This document shows, piece by piece, positions 46,679 to 57,148 of a stretch of DNA of 64,000 nucleotides (positions are counted from its first letter, which is position 1; each line of letters starts with the position of its first letter). The notes under the pieces were generated by a model, which ran no database searches, had not been told where the DNA came from, and worked only from the letters and a program-made list of their open reading frames with translations. This DNA is from Pelagomonas calceolata (taxonomy: Eukaryota), in contig CAKKNE010000001.1 in NCBI GenBank assembly GCA_918797485.1, forward strand, positions 3,410,001 through 3,474,000, read 5' to 3'. The translations under genes and the position numbers were made by a program.

Positions 46679-49609
46679 ATGGCCGACGACCGCGTGCGCG
46701 TCTACGCGCGGATACGGCCCCAGGGCACGAGCCGCGAGGAATTTGGGGACGCGGCCGTGCGCTGTCTTGGAGAGAACAGCGTGTCTGTAGACGATTTGGA
46801 GGGGGCCGTCAACGACTCATTGAGGAACAGCGTGCAGGGCGGCGTCGCCCAGGCGGCGGCGGCGACGCGCAAGTTTGAGTTCGACGGGAGCTTCGGTGGT
46901 AGTAGTACGCAGGCCGACGTCTTTTCGGACGTCGGGGCGCCGGTCGTAAGGGCCGTTTTACAGGGTTATCACGGCTGTATATTTGCCTACGGCCAGACCG
47001 GTAGCGGGAAGACCTTTTCCTTGCTGAATGCTGGTACTGCTGCTAAGAATTTCGAAGATGCGGGACTCTTACCGAGATTGGTAGCTACTTTATATGTAAG
47101 GGCAGGCCAGGACGCGGCCCATCAATATGCCGTCGAGTGCGGCGCCTTCCAAGTGTACAACGAGCAGGTCGCCGATCTCTTACATCCGGAACACCGCAAC
47201 GGCAAGGGCCAGAACCTGTCCGTGTCGAAGAAGGACGGCCACGGCCAAGTAGATAACCTGACGTGGAAGCCTTGCGCCTCGGCCAAAGAGTTGCTAGATC
47301 ATTTTGCCTATGCTCGCAAGAACGTCATCTATGCGGAGACGAAGATGAACAAGGCGTCTTCTAGAAGCCATGCGTGCTTTCAGTTGCGCGTAACACGAAG
47401 GGAAAAGAACTCGACCAAAGGTTCCGTGTCGCTTTGTAGTGTGGTCGATCTAGCCGGCTCGGAACGAGTGAAAAGAAGTGGAGTGGCCGGCAAGGAGTTG
47501 AAGGAGGCGATCAACATCAACGGTAGTTTACTTGCGCTGGGCAACGTGGTCGCAGCTCTGGCAGCGAAGAAGAAGCACGTGCCCTACCGCGATTCTAAAT
47601 TAACGCGCGTTTTAGAAGGTTCGGTGGGCGGGAACTGCCGCACTACTTTACTCTGCTGCGCTTCCCCAGCAGCCGACTCTACCTCAGAGACGCTATCCGC
47701 CCTAAGCTTCGCGCAACGAGCGATGCGCTGCGAGTGCAAGGCCGTCGTGAACGTCGCCGAGGTGGGTGATTTCTCCGGCGCTCTCGGTCTCGTCGAGATC
47801 ATCCCGGACCCGGAAGCTGATAAAAGGCAAAGAGCTCTGGTCGCCGCCGAGCGAAAAACTTCAGAGTTGTCCAAGGAGAAGGAGGCGGCGTTACTGAAAG
47901 CTAAGAAAGAGCAAGAGGCCGCCGCGGCCGCTCGTAAAGAGGGCAAGAAGCAGCTCGAGGAGGCGAGGCGCAAGGACAAAGAAAACCAAAAGTTGAACGG
48001 TGACCTGAAAAAGTTGACCGAGCAGAATACGACCGTCCAGACGGAGCTTAGCAAAGTCAAGGAGGACGCGAAAAAAGACCGGGCCGCCCTCCAGCTTAAA
48101 TTGGATCAACTGTCCAAGGAGAAGGACGCAGCTGTCCAAGAGTCGGCGCGCCTGAAGACCGCGCGGGATAGCCTCGAGAAGAAACTAGGCGAGACGAAGA
48201 CCGAACTCACGAAGGCGCAGGCTTCTTTCAAGAAATCGGAGGCGACGGCCGCGAAGCTAGGCAAGGAGCTGGAGTCGACGAAAACCGAGTTGAGTTCCGT
48301 GCGGAAGGAGCTGAGTGCGCGCGCGGCGCTGTCCCAGGACGAGGTGGCGAAGGAGCGCGAGGAGCGAAGGTTGGAAGCGGAGCAGCTCCGAGGCGAGGTC
48401 GAGGCGAAGGCGGAGGAGGTGTCTACTCTGTCCGAAAAGTGTAGCGGATTGGAGGGCAAGCTGGCCGCGACGGAGGGCGACCTCGCGCGCGCGGCCTGCG
48501 ACGCCGCGCTGCGGGCGGCGGCCGCGGAGACGGAGCTGCGCGCGGTTCATGAACAATCAAACGCGTCCCAGGAGGCGGCTGCGGCGGATGCTGAAAAGCG
48601 CCTCGCGGCCGCGGCCGAGGCGCACCGCGTGCGCGAGGAGGGCGCGCTCCAGACCCACATGGCGACGGTCGCCTCGCTCGAGGACGAGCGGCGCGTTGTC
48701 GAAAAAGAGTGCACTGATCTCAGAAAGGAGCGCGACCACGTCGAGAGCGAGCTGGTCCAGGCCAAAGACGAAATCTCCAGACTCGGCGACGGCCTCGCCA
48801 AGGCCAACGTGCAGAATAGATCATTAGAAGCGTCGCTCGCGGCCCTCGAGGAGCGCGCCATGTCAGATTCGCAGAAGAGTAGAAAGAGCATCGGCGAGGC
48901 GCGCAAGGAGCTCCATGAAACGACCGCGAAGCTACATATAGAGGAAGAGAAGACCGAGCGCCTCACCAAGGACAAAGCGCGGCTGGAGAATGAAGTACAA
49001 AGTGCGATCGAGGAGACGGAGGCCGCGCGGCGCGACCATATCACAGAGGTCAAGGCGTTGCATGAAAAGCATACGGTCGCGTCCCGTAGAGTGGCCTGGG
49101 CCTTCTCGTGCGCGCGGTCTATGAAAGACGAGAAGACGCGAAGCGTCTTGGGGGACCTCCAGAATTTACAGAGACGCTTCGACGCGCGCGAGTCTAGAGC
49201 TGATGATTTGAAGACTATAGCGGTCCTCAAGAAGCGCGTCGCGAGCGCGGATCAGGCGCGGACGGCGGCAGCTCGCTCAAAAAAGCGCACGGAGCTCGAG
49301 CTGGAAAATGAAAGGCGGAACGACCAGATCTTCGGGGCGCTGTCCGCGCACGCGGTCGCGGCGAAGAACCGAAAACGGCGCGACGACGCGAAACGCGCGC
49401 ACTACCAACCTCAAAACGCGCGCGCGGTGCGGGTCGGCGGCGCGCTGCGGCCGGCGCGGGAAGAGCCCGAGCCGGTTGCCTGGCCGGCGCCGCCGACGGA
49501 CGACACGAATGCGGCGGTGGCACCACCTCCGACCCCCGACGCGGACGCACCCCCTGCATGGATGATGCCGGCGGCCCGGGTCCCGGCCGTAGGGGACATC
49601 CTGAACTAA
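46679..49609 (+). CDS. Kinesin motor protein with long coiled coil
   Basis: GQTGSGKT, NKASSRSH, DLAGSE and HVPYRDSKLT motifs. Confidence 0.95.
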   Translation: MADDRVRVYARIRPQGTSREEFGDAAVRCLGENSVSVDDLEGAVNDSLRNSVQGGVAQAAAATRKFEFDGSFGGSSTQADVFSDVGAPVVRAVLQGYHGCIFAYGQTGSGKTFSLLNAGTAAKNFEDAGLLPRLVATLYVRAGQDAAHQYAVECGAFQVYNEQVADLLHPEHRNGKGQNLSVSKKDGHGQVDNLTWKPCASAKELLDHFAYARKNVIYAETKMNKASSRSHACFQLRVTRREKNSTKGSVSLCSVVDLAGSERVKRSGVAGKELKEAININGSLLALGNVVAALAAKKKHVPYRDSKLTRVLEGSVGGNCRTTLLCCASPAADSTSETLSALSFAQRAMRCECKAVVNVAEVGDFSGALGLVEIIPDPEADKRQRALVAAERKTSELSKEKEAALLKAKKEQEAAAAARKEGKKQLEEARRKDKENQKLNGDLKKLTEQNTTVQTELSKVKEDAKKDRAALQLKLDQLSKEKDAAVQESARLKTARDSLEKKLGETKTELTKAQASFKKSEATAAKLGKELESTKTELSSVRKELSARAALSQDEVAKEREERRLEAEQLRGEVEAKAEEVSTLSEKCSGLEGKLAATEGDLARAACDAALRAAAAETELRAVHEQSNASQEAAAADAEKRLAAAAEAHRVREEGALQTHMATVASLEDERRVVEKECTDLRKERDHVESELVQAKDEISRLGDGLAKANVQNRSLEASLAALEERAMSDSQKSRKSIGEARKELHETTAKLHIEEEKTERLTKDKARLENEVQSAIEETEAARRDHITEVKALHEKHTVASRRVAWAFSCARSMKDEKTRSVLGDLQNLQRRFDARESRADDLKTIAVLKKRVASADQARTAAARSKKRTELELENERRNDQIFGALSAHAVAAKNRKRRDDAKRAHYQPQNARAVRVGGALRPAREEPEPVAWPAPPTDDTNAAVAPPPTPDADAPPAWMMPAARVPAVGDILN

Positions 49610-49727
49610 GATCCAAGTTTCCACTGAATTTTTATGCCCCGTTTATGTCCCCGAGTGACTTTCGGCCGTCGGCTCGCGCATGAAACCCGTTTTATTGCAA
49701 ATTCAGTGAGGGTCACATTTCAGCAAA

Positions 49728-50144
49728 ATGAACTCCTTGACTGAGAACTGCGACAAATTCACACTGAGCTATGGAGGGAGGGTCCTCCTCGGTGCGTCCG
49801 GCATCGTGGTGAGTTTATATTCGTGGGAGGGACCCGGTTTGTCCCGCAGTCATTCAAAATCTCTCACCATCGAATTTGAGGATGAAAATGGACGGAAAAT
49901 CGACTTCCACGCCTGGTGCGCCTGTCGCCCGCGCTGGCCGCTTGAATATGGCATAAATAATGCGAAGGAGTGGAAATTTTGGTCTCGGGATCCTTCCCAA
50001 TTCCGTCGCGGCGGCTTACCGTCCTCGCAGCGCGTGAACGAAACTGTAAGATTCCACCAACTTCGGCTCACCGTGAGCAGCAGCGGGCGGTCGCACGGCC
50101 TTGACATCAACGTTTATGCGGAGCAGTCGCCCACGACCGGGTAA
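49728..50144 (+). CDS. Hypothetical protein (lower GC than neighbours)
   Basis: 138-aa ATG ORF filling the space between convergent genes; no recognisable motif. Confidence 0.35.
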   Translation: MNSLTENCDKFTLSYGGRVLLGASGIVVSLYSWEGPGLSRSHSKSLTIEFEDENGRKIDFHAWCACRPRWPLEYGINNAKEWKFWSRDPSQFRRGGLPSSQRVNETVRFHQLRLTVSSSGRSHGLDINVYAEQSPTTG

Positions 50145-50212
50145 TCTACCGGGTACTACTCGTAGGGTACAACTTCTTAGGATTAACTTGTCACAGGGGA
50201 CGGACGGAGGAT

Positions 50213-52300
50213 TCACTCCGAAGATGACGACGGCGGCGGCGGCCCGATGGCCGGCAGGCCGACGTAGCCGCCCTGCTCGGCGATGACCCGCGCGATGGCC
50301 GCGTCGTTCGCGGCGGCCTCCGAGCGGGGAGATAAGTCCCGGGGCCAGCTCGCGACCTCCGGCGGCGGCGGCACGGTGATGGATGGTGGCACGGGCGGCG
50401 GCACGAAGGAGGCCGCCGGCGCCGGAACGGGCCGAGCGGGCGACGGCGGTAAGGTAAATGGCGCGGGACCATCACCCAAGTCGCCCCAGCTCCCGGACGG
50501 CGCCCTTCCCCCTGGCTGGGACCCGAGGTCCGCCCAGGACCCCGCCGACGGCGCCCTTGATCGCGGTAACAGAGGATCTCCGCCAAAATCAAAGTCCATG
50601 GCGTCCACGTCCAGCTCCTCCTCGGGGTCGCCGAGGCCCGGCCAGCCGCCGGCCTCGCCCCCAAAAGGTAGGCAGGCCTTGGGAGGCGCGTCTTTGGGTG
50701 CTTCTTCTTGATACCCGAGGCCCGGCCAGGCGTCCTGGCGCGGCTGCGCGAGTAGAGGCGCGCCCGGCCGGCCGCGGCGGCGGCCGTCCGGTTTTGGTTC
50801 GGGCCGCGGACTGTTGGAGCGCGAGGCCGTCCGCGCGTAGTGGTTCTCGCGGCCGGCCCTTGTCGAGGAGCCGCGCAGCCCGCGACACGTCTTCTCGTGG
50901 GCCGTGCGCGCGGGCGGGTGGCCGAAGCTCCGCCCGCAGCCCTTGCGGCACGTTCGGGGGGACTCGGCCCAGGATCTAGGTGACGAGCTCTCCGAGCGAT
51001 CCCGCGGCGACGCCTTCGGGGGCGGCGGCGGCGCGGGACCCCCAAACCTCCTCGGCGCGATGGCGCCCTTCTCATGGTCGGCGTCGGGGTCATTCGTGCC
51101 CGCGTGCCAGCGCGAGATGGACAAAGCCGCAGCTTTTGGAACCAAAGCCGCGGCGGCCGCCGGCGTCGCCGGCGCCCGCGGCGGCGCCAGCGCCAAAGCC
51201 GCGGCGACCCACGCGGCCGGCACGGGCGGCGCCGGCGCGTCGGGCGCAGGCATCGGCGGCCGCACCTCCTCCCGCGCTTCTACTTCGGTCTCGTCGATGG
51301 GTTCCGGCTCCGGCGCGTCCGCATGATCCAAAGCAAATGTAGTGGCGCCGGTGTAGGCCGCCAGTCGTTTCACTCTATCAAGCACCACACCACCACTCAC
51401 GATGATGGTAGGAGAACCAGGCACGTGCTTCGCTATCAACAACAACTCCTTCAGTGTTTTCCTACCGGTCCAGGCGTCGCCGGTACCACCGGACGTATAT
51501 ACGGCAGAAACGCCCGCCGCCCCCAACCGATTCAAGACATCTCGTCGCTCGGCCATGTGCGGTCTTCGTTCTAAAACATCATCAAAAGCTCTTCTACCGA
51601 TAATCACCTTCACGGGCTTCGCCGTTTGGACGAAGGTCTGTAATTTTGCGCCTTCGTTCGGGTCGTCGGCCAGAAACGCGTCCGTACACAAAGCCGACGC
51701 CCCCAGCGACTTGGCCAGGGCCAGGTCGGCTCGCGCCGCGGCCGGCGCCCAGGCCCCATCTGCTTTTGCCGCGTGCATGACGATCTTCTGGACTCCGGCC
51801 TCCCGCGCGGCTTTCAGCGCCGACGCGGCGACGCCCGCACTTCGCGCGAAGAGTTCTAAGCGTCGACAGCCGCCTCTACAACATTGTAGAGCTTCCCTCG
51901 CGTCTTTCGCGGGGTAGCCGAGCGTCAAAGCCGCTAAAGCAGGGTCGAGGGGAGGGGCCGGGTCCGGCGGCCCGCCTTGCAATGAGCGGTAGTAGGCGAC
52001 GGCAGGAGAGACACCGGACCTCGCGCGCGGCTGGCCCAGCGGTTGTGTGACGGTCGTCGTCGGCGCGCTCGTCGTGATAGCGCGGCTCCCGAACGGATCA
52101 CTTGAAGGCGCGTAGCGGTGCCTTGCGACTTTTCTCAGCCTTACGCGCAGTTGCGGCCTCAAAAAGGCCGCCGACGACGGCAGCTGGAAGTTGAGGATGC
52201 TCGCGACGGCCTCGTCGGTCGCCGCGTCGACGGGCCGCGGGCGCGGCGCGGCCGGCGCCCTTGGTGTTGCCGCCGCCGGCGCCGCGGGCGTGGCGGCCAT
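50213..52300 (-). CDS. CutC-like TIM-barrel domain plus C2HC zinc finger protein
   Basis: RRLEL, RRAFD, GVSAVYTSGG and IIVSGGV motifs; CRKGCGRSF...HEKTC finger. Confidence 0.6.
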   Translation of the reverse strand: MAATPAAPAAATPRAPAAPRPRPVDAATDEAVASILNFQLPSSAAFLRPQLRVRLRKVARHRYAPSSDPFGSRAITTSAPTTTVTQPLGQPRARSGVSPAVAYYRSLQGGPPDPAPPLDPALAALTLGYPAKDAREALQCCRGGCRRLELFARSAGVAASALKAAREAGVQKIVMHAAKADGAWAPAAARADLALAKSLGASALCTDAFLADDPNEGAKLQTFVQTAKPVKVIIGRRAFDDVLERRPHMAERRDVLNRLGAAGVSAVYTSGGTGDAWTGRKTLKELLLIAKHVPGSPTIIVSGGVVLDRVKRLAAYTGATTFALDHADAPEPEPIDETEVEAREEVRPPMPAPDAPAPPVPAAWVAAALALAPPRAPATPAAAAALVPKAAALSISRWHAGTNDPDADHEKGAIAPRRFGGPAPPPPPKASPRDRSESSSPRSWAESPRTCRKGCGRSFGHPPARTAHEKTCRGLRGSSTRAGRENHYARTASRSNSPRPEPKPDGRRRGRPGAPLLAQPRQDAWPGLGYQEEAPKDAPPKACLPFGGEAGGWPGLGDPEEELDVDAMDFDFGGDPLLPRSRAPSAGSWADLGSQPGGRAPSGSWGDLGDGPAPFTLPPSPARPVPAPAASFVPPPVPPSITVPPPPEVASWPRDLSPRSEAAANDAAIARVIAEQGGYVGLPAIGPPPPSSSSE

Positions 52301-52821
52301 CACGAGCGCCGTGGCTTCCTCCTCGACGGCTTCGCGCTGCTATGGGCCGTCTGCGGGTCCCCTCCTGTTTCAGGAGTGTGAGGGCGTTTGTGGCACGCTC
52401 GCTCGTCTATATCACGTTTTGTGTGATACGTGAGATACCTAATAATGTATGCAAGCGGCCGCAGCCGCCACAGCGGGGCCACAAAAGGCCTCGCTACAAT
52501 GCTCGACCCTGATCGTGAGCTAGCTCATGTACATACTAGTGATGCACGCGTCTCCTTATTTTAAGCTTCAAGGCACGTCTCCACGAGACGCCTGCGGAGA
52601 GGTGGCCTCGCGCGGGCACGGGTGCCGCCCATCGGCGGGCGCCTCACAAGCTTTGAAACTCATCTCCTAAAACCGCTCTGCGATTGCGCCTCAGAGAAAA
52701 CCGGTGCATATATTCGTATCACTGTGCTGTTCTACGAAGCTGGTGCGAGTTCCACGTCCAGCGGCAGCGCTGCGCTCGAGATTAGGGCAGTGCAGTGTGC
52801 AGCTGAGCCACGCGTCGCGCC

Positions 52822-53715
52822 ATGGCGCGCTCGCTGCGCGCGCTGGCCTTGATCCTTGCGACGCACTGCGCACTAGCGCGCCTTGGCGCACGGCGCACGG
52901 TCTTCGACGGCGTCCGCGCGCGGCGCGGCCCGAGCACGTCGAAGGTCGTCGACGTCTATGCGGTCGGGGATAGATTGGACCGCTACGCGCTCGCGCTCGC
53001 GGCGACGGAGCCGCTGCGGCGCGCGCGCGACGACGCCCTGAAGCGTACCGTCGGAAGGCGCAAGCTGTTCGTCACACGCAAATTATTAAGGCGAAACCCG
53101 TGCGAGGGCACGGCTTTTTCCGCAAGTGACCGAACCAAAGAGGCCTGCGAGATGTACACGACGACGGCGACGCGCGTTTTGAAGTCCTTTGGCTTCACGC
53201 CGTCCGAGTGGAACTCCGTCAGTCGCGCGCTTGCCTCAGACCGCAATCTGAGGAATCGCGTGCTCAACCAGGCGAAGCTCTACGGCCTGGCGTCGACCAT
53301 AGAGACGGGCTCGCTGAACGTCGACGACGGCGCCGTGCCCAAGTTACAAATACCGGTCCCCGAGAACGAGGACGACTTGGTGCGCTTCGCGGCCGTCGCG
53401 CAGAAGGTCGAGTTGCTGCGCCAGCAGCAGCGGGCGCAGCTCGTCAAGTCCCTCAAGGGCGTCGACGTCTTCCCGGACTACCCCATATGCGACTCCGCGT
53501 TGTTGCCGATGATGTCGAATCAGGTCCGGCGGACCTGCGCGTCGTTCCCGGCGCAAGCGCGCGAATTGGTCCTCAAGAACGGCGTCGAGTTCGAGACGTT
53601 CCAGGCGTTGCTGGACAAGGCCGAGCGGAACCCGATGTACCGGTGGAAGCTGGCAAGAGCTGTTAGAAAATTGAAAAGGAGGCAGCGCGCGGCGCTCGAA
53701 GCCAAAAAGGTTTGA
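52822..53715 (+). CDS. DUF4168-like repeat protein with leader peptide
   Basis: Two similar helical units (YALALAATEPLR...GFTPSEWNSV; FAAVAQKVELLR...GVEFETFQAL). Confidence 0.55.
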   Translation: MARSLRALALILATHCALARLGARRTVFDGVRARRGPSTSKVVDVYAVGDRLDRYALALAATEPLRRARDDALKRTVGRRKLFVTRKLLRRNPCEGTAFSASDRTKEACEMYTTTATRVLKSFGFTPSEWNSVSRALASDRNLRNRVLNQAKLYGLASTIETGSLNVDDGAVPKLQIPVPENEDDLVRFAAVAQKVELLRQQQRAQLVKSLKGVDVFPDYPICDSALLPMMSNQVRRTCASFPAQARELVLKNGVEFETFQALLDKAERNPMYRWKLARAVRKLKRRQRAALEAKKV

Positions 53716-53733
53716 GTAATTTCTCCCTAATAC

Positions 53734-54114
53734 TTAGCCAGGTGGTGGTGCCGCAGACTCCTTCCCAACCCCCTCTTCCGTCAGCGACTCCTGGAACCAC
53801 GAGTCCGCGCTCCACACCGCCTTGGAACTCCCGAGCTTGTGGCTCATGGCCCGCGCGACGTTCACCCGCAAGACCCGTCCAAAGAGCTCGGAACCGTCCA
53901 TGTTGTACAATGCTTCAGCCGCATCATTCTCAAGTTCAAAAGTGACGAAGGCAAAGCCCCGATTCGCGTCGTTCGTCTGGCCGGCGAAATCTCTAGGAAT
54001 GTTCACCTCCTTCACGTCCCCGAACGGCACGAACGCGGCGTGCAATGTCTCCTCGGTGGCCTCCTCGGAGAGGCCGCCGACGTACAGTACTCTTTTGTCC
54101 TGCTGGGGGGGCAT
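53734..54114 (-). CDS. Single-RRM protein (cyclophilin E/PPIE RRM-like)
   Basis: LYVGGL, LHAAFVPFGD, RGFAFVTF and NMDGSELFGRVLRVNVA motifs. Confidence 0.88.
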   Translation of the reverse strand: MPPQQDKRVLYVGGLSEEATEETLHAAFVPFGDVKEVNIPRDFAGQTNDANRGFAFVTFELENDAAEALYNMDGSELFGRVLRVNVARAMSHKLGSSKAVWSADSWFQESLTEEGVGKESAAPPPG

Positions 54115-54542
54115 GGTTCCGCTCGTGCGTCGTCGTCGCGCGCGAGTAATCGATGCTGCAAAGAGCAGCCTGGGCGCGCCTGTTGTGTGCAGCGGCGTCG
54201 GCCGCGCCGCTTTGTGGTGGCTAGCGCTTGGAAGGTGGACCCTTCGGCTTGCGTCTGCGCACTGTTTCTCGCTCCGGGCCCGCTGCACGGGCGAGTTATC
54301 GATGGGAAAAGACGCTCGACGCTGCATGCAGTCCCCGCACGCTGGGCGAAGTCTGCGTCCGTGCTCGCGCACTCGTCGACGCGGCACTGTTCACGGCTCC
54401 TCCGAGCGTGTTTCGGACGAGTGAAACGCCACGTCAACTGCGCGCTGTCACCGCGCGCCGCATACGTAGCCCTTCGCCACACTGCACGTTACTGCAGCCT
54501 CAATCAGTGAGCGCAAGACGCATCAGTGAGAATAAGCAAAAG

Positions 54543-55205
54543 ATGGCCAAGCCCGCGCCGCCCTCGAAGAAGGGCGACCACCACAAACGCAACGCCGCCC
54601 ACAAGAAGCGCCGCGCGGCGCGCGACCTCCCGAAAACGAACAAAAAGACGGCGAAAAATCGACTGAGAGATGCCGAGCGCTGGCTGCGGCGGCTGGAGAC
54701 GAACGGTGCCGATCCAGAGCAGATCACGAATGCCCAAAAAGCGGTGGAGGAATTGAGCAGGGAGAAGGCCTCGGACGAGGTGCAACGCAAGAGAATTGAC
54801 AAAGAAAAAAGGTATGCTGAGAGGTATAGAAAAGTGAAGTTCTTTGAGAAGCGGAAAGTACTCCGAAGGCTCAAGCGTCTGAGAAAGGAGATGGCTTCTG
54901 ATTCTCCACCTCATGATGGAAAAGAGCGGCTCGAGGCTCTGGAGGGCGACCTGGCCTACGTCTCCTTCTATCCTAAAGATCGGAAGTACGTCGGATTGTT
55001 TACGGTGCGCGGCGCCGAGGACGCGCGGACGGCGAAGCGGCGCGCCGAAGCTCGGAAGCTCGCGCTCGCGGCGGCCGCGGCGGCGGCGGGCGCGTCGTCG
55101 TCGTCGTCGAGTTCTGAGGATGAGAGCGACGGCGAGGACGCGTTCGCCGACGCCGGCGAGGCGAGCGACGGCGAGGCGAGCGGCGACTTCTTCCTGGCCG
55201 CGTAG
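54543..55205 (+). CDS. EFG1: rRNA-processing protein Efg1
   Basis: RYRKVKFFEKRK, DLAYVSFYPKDRKYVGLF and an acidic tail ending GDFF. Confidence 0.85.
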   Translation: MAKPAPPSKKGDHHKRNAAHKKRRAARDLPKTNKKTAKNRLRDAERWLRRLETNGADPEQITNAQKAVEELSREKASDEVQRKRIDKEKRYAERYRKVKFFEKRKVLRRLKRLRKEMASDSPPHDGKERLEALEGDLAYVSFYPKDRKYVGLFTVRGAEDARTAKRRAEARKLALAAAAAAAGASSSSSSSEDESDGEDAFADAGEASDGEASGDFFLAA

Positions 55206-55260
55206 TAAGTGTGCTTGTATGTCACAGTGTGCTTGTATCCTGTCAGACCCCACTGGTGCG

Positions 55261-55351
55261 GTACAAGCAGCCGCAAGGACCAATGTCCAGTCAGGGAATC
55301 GCCACTGCCTTGTACAAACAGCCGCAAGGGCCAATGTCCGGCCAGGGAGTC
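55261..55351 (+). repeat. Imperfect direct repeat, about 40-bp unit with 51-bp period
   Basis: GTACAAGCAGCCGCAAGGACCAATGTCCAGTCAGGGAATC and GTACAAACAGCCGCAAGGGCCAATGTCCGGCCAGGGAGTC. Confidence 0.85.
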
Positions 55352-55671
55352 AAGTTGGGGCTGCCCGGAAAATAGTAGAGAGAGAGAGAGAGCCACTTAT
55401 TGAGCCCACCCCCAGGTAGTACGGACCCCGAACGCTTCATATAGTAGGGCTAGCGTCGATACACATGCTAGTCATTTCCTCTCCAAGACTAAGTCTTAGT
55501 CGCTCCCTCATTACGCCGCCGCTAAAGCAGCAGTTGTGCGATTGGTGCAGCGAAACGCATCGCTATAGATACGCGATACCGTCGCTGACAATTTTCAGCC
55601 ACCGGCGACAGTAGAAGCAGCGCATCGCCACGCCAACCAGAGACGCATAGGCGCATCGCCACGCGAAAACC

Positions 55672-55995
55672 ATGCTCCTCGTCGCCCGCCGCGCGGCCGC
55701 GGCCCTGCGCCAGCCGCGGGCTCTCCGCTGTCTCAGCACCTACGACCGCTCCAAGCCCCACATGAACGTGGGCACCATCGGCCACGTCGACCACGGCAAG
55801 ACGACGCTGACCGCGGCCATCACCAAAGTATTAGCGGACCAGGGCCAGGCCGACGCCGTCGCGTTCGGGGACATCGACAAGGCCCCGGAGGAACGAGCGA
55901 GAGGCATCACGATCAACTCGGCACATGTGGAGTACGAGACCGACGCGCGGCACTACGCCCACGTCGACTGCCCGGGCCACGCCGATTATGTCAAA

Positions 55996-56030
<35 letters not shown>

Positions 56031-56916
56031 AATTTTAGTAGTGTCTGCGACGGACGGCCCCATGCCCCAGACGCGGGAACATATCCTACTAGCGAGGCAA
56101 GTCGGCATCCCGAAACTCGTCGTCTTCGTCAACAAGTGCGACGCGGTCGAGGACGAAGAATTACTTGAGCTCGTCGAGATGGAGGTGCAGGAGCTCCTCG
56201 AGTTCTACGAGTTCCCGGCGGAGGAGACGCCCATTGTTCGTGGGAGTGCATTGTGTGCGTTGGAGGGGACGAACGACACGTTGGGGAAGGAGGCCATCCT
56301 CGAGCTCATGAAGCACGTGGATGAATACATACCCTTACCTAAAAGAGACGTCGACAAGCCGTTCTTGATGCCCGTGGAGGACACCTTTTCGATTGCCGGT
56401 CGCGGGACTGTTGTGACTGGTCGTGTTGAGAGCGGTGTCCTGAAGACCGGGGACGAAGTTGAAATTTTAGGGCTGCAAGATGCGGTCAAGACGACGTGCA
56501 CGGGCGTCGAGATGTTCAAGAAGCAGTTGGACCGGGGCGAGGCGGGCGACAACGTCGGGGCGTTGCTGCGAGGCGTCAAGCGCGAAGACGTGCAACGAGG
56601 GCAAATTTTAGCGGCCCCGGGCACGGTCCCGACGAAGACGAAGTTCGAGGCCGAGGTCTATGTATTAACCAAGGAAGAGGGCGGGCGGCACACGCCCTTC
56701 TTCGCGAACTATAGGCCCCAGTTCTTCATCCGGACGGCGGACGTCACGGGGACCGTGTCGCTGCCGGAGGGCACGGAAATGGTCATGCCCGGGGACAACG
56801 CGACGCTGCACATCGAGCTCATCGCGCCCGTGGCGTTGACGGAGGGCCTGCGCTTCGCGTTGCGGGAAGGCGGCAAGACGGTCGGCGCGGGCGTCGTGTC
56901 GAAGATCACGGGCTAG
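55672..56916 (+). CDS. TUFM: Elongation factor Tu, mitochondrial
   Basis: [22 protein letters not shown] and NKCD motifs; Arg-rich presequence. Confidence 0.97.
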
Positions 56917-57148
56917 GTGCTTCGGTGGCGTGCTGCGTAATTACTAGCTAGTACCCGTCCATTTTTCCATGGTCAACAATGAATGAAATAAAATGATTAA
57001 GAGCGGCCGCCCGAAGGATCTACCACGCGTGTTCGACGACGCTCGTCTAAGAAACGGAATAAAACCAAGAGGAAATCAAAAAGAATGCGCGGCGGCGTGA
57101 CCGTGACTGGGTTTCGTGGGACCGGTGTTGGCCCTTTCCTCGCGGCCT

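Noticed and set aside
55261..55351. Possible CRISPR-like repeat-spacer
   Set aside because: Only two imperfect copies, an 11-bp spacer, no cas genes and a eukaryotic context.
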